Below the pieces are notes generated by a model. It was not told the DNA's origin, made no database searches, and saw only the letters and a list, made by a program, of their open reading frames with translations. Shown in pieces: positions 25,390 through 25,500 of a stretch of DNA of 25,500 nucleotides. The stretch comes from a virus (Duplodnaviria; Caudoviricetes), in the IMG/VR virus record IMGVR_UViG_3300020365_000113, positions 1 through 25,500 of that record; one strand, written 5' to 3'. The translations under genes were made by a program, and so were the position numbers. Positions within the stretch are counted from its first letter, which is position 1, and the number at the start of each line of letters is the position of its first letter.

Positions 25390-25500
25390 ATGGGCACTCG
25401 CTCTCGCATCGGTATCCAACTCCAAGATGACTCCATTCTTTCTGTTTATTGCCATTGGGATGGTTATCCTTCTTTCAATGGTAAAGTTCTCCGTGAGTTC
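25390..25500 (+). CDS. Conserved phage protein (MGTRS.IG...YCHWDGYP family), 3'-truncated
   Basis: MGTRSRIGIQLQDDSILSVYCHWDGYPSFNGKVLREF, open to the window end. Confidence 0.8.
   Translation, partial: MGTRSRIGIQLQDDSILSVYCHWDGYPSFNGKVLREF

Noticed and set aside
1-25500. tRNA or other structured RNA genes
   Set aside because: Intergenic gaps are short and are accounted for by promoters and terminators; no cloverleaf seen.

Overview
A 25.5 kb segment of a T4-like cyanomyovirus (Synechococcus/Prochlorococcus phage type), with all credible genes on the + strand. Positions 1-13835 form a late structural module. It holds two collagen-like fibre genes (one with an S74 self-cleaving chaperone, one with a tail-collar domain), a prolyl-4-hydroxylase-like 2OG-Fe(II) oxygenase, a 1886-aa fibre/virion protein, a 687-aa fibre and a glycine-rich gp38-like adhesin. 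From 13839 onward is an early/middle accessory region. It contains a split N6-adenine methyltransferase with its halves in permuted order, a ParB-like protein, an SF2 helicase, a zinc deaminase, purN, a glutaredoxin-like protein, two different CP12-family genes, many small phage ORFs, and a HinP1I/MspI-like endonuclease coupled to a beta-class SPPY methyltransferase. A 22-bp imperfect palindrome recurs five times, 28-30 nt upstream of -10 boxes, twice fused with a terminator hairpin, and two copies bracket the nuclease-MTase pair. By eye, CCGG is absent and GGCC nearly absent. All family assignments come from motif reading and memory; no searches were run.
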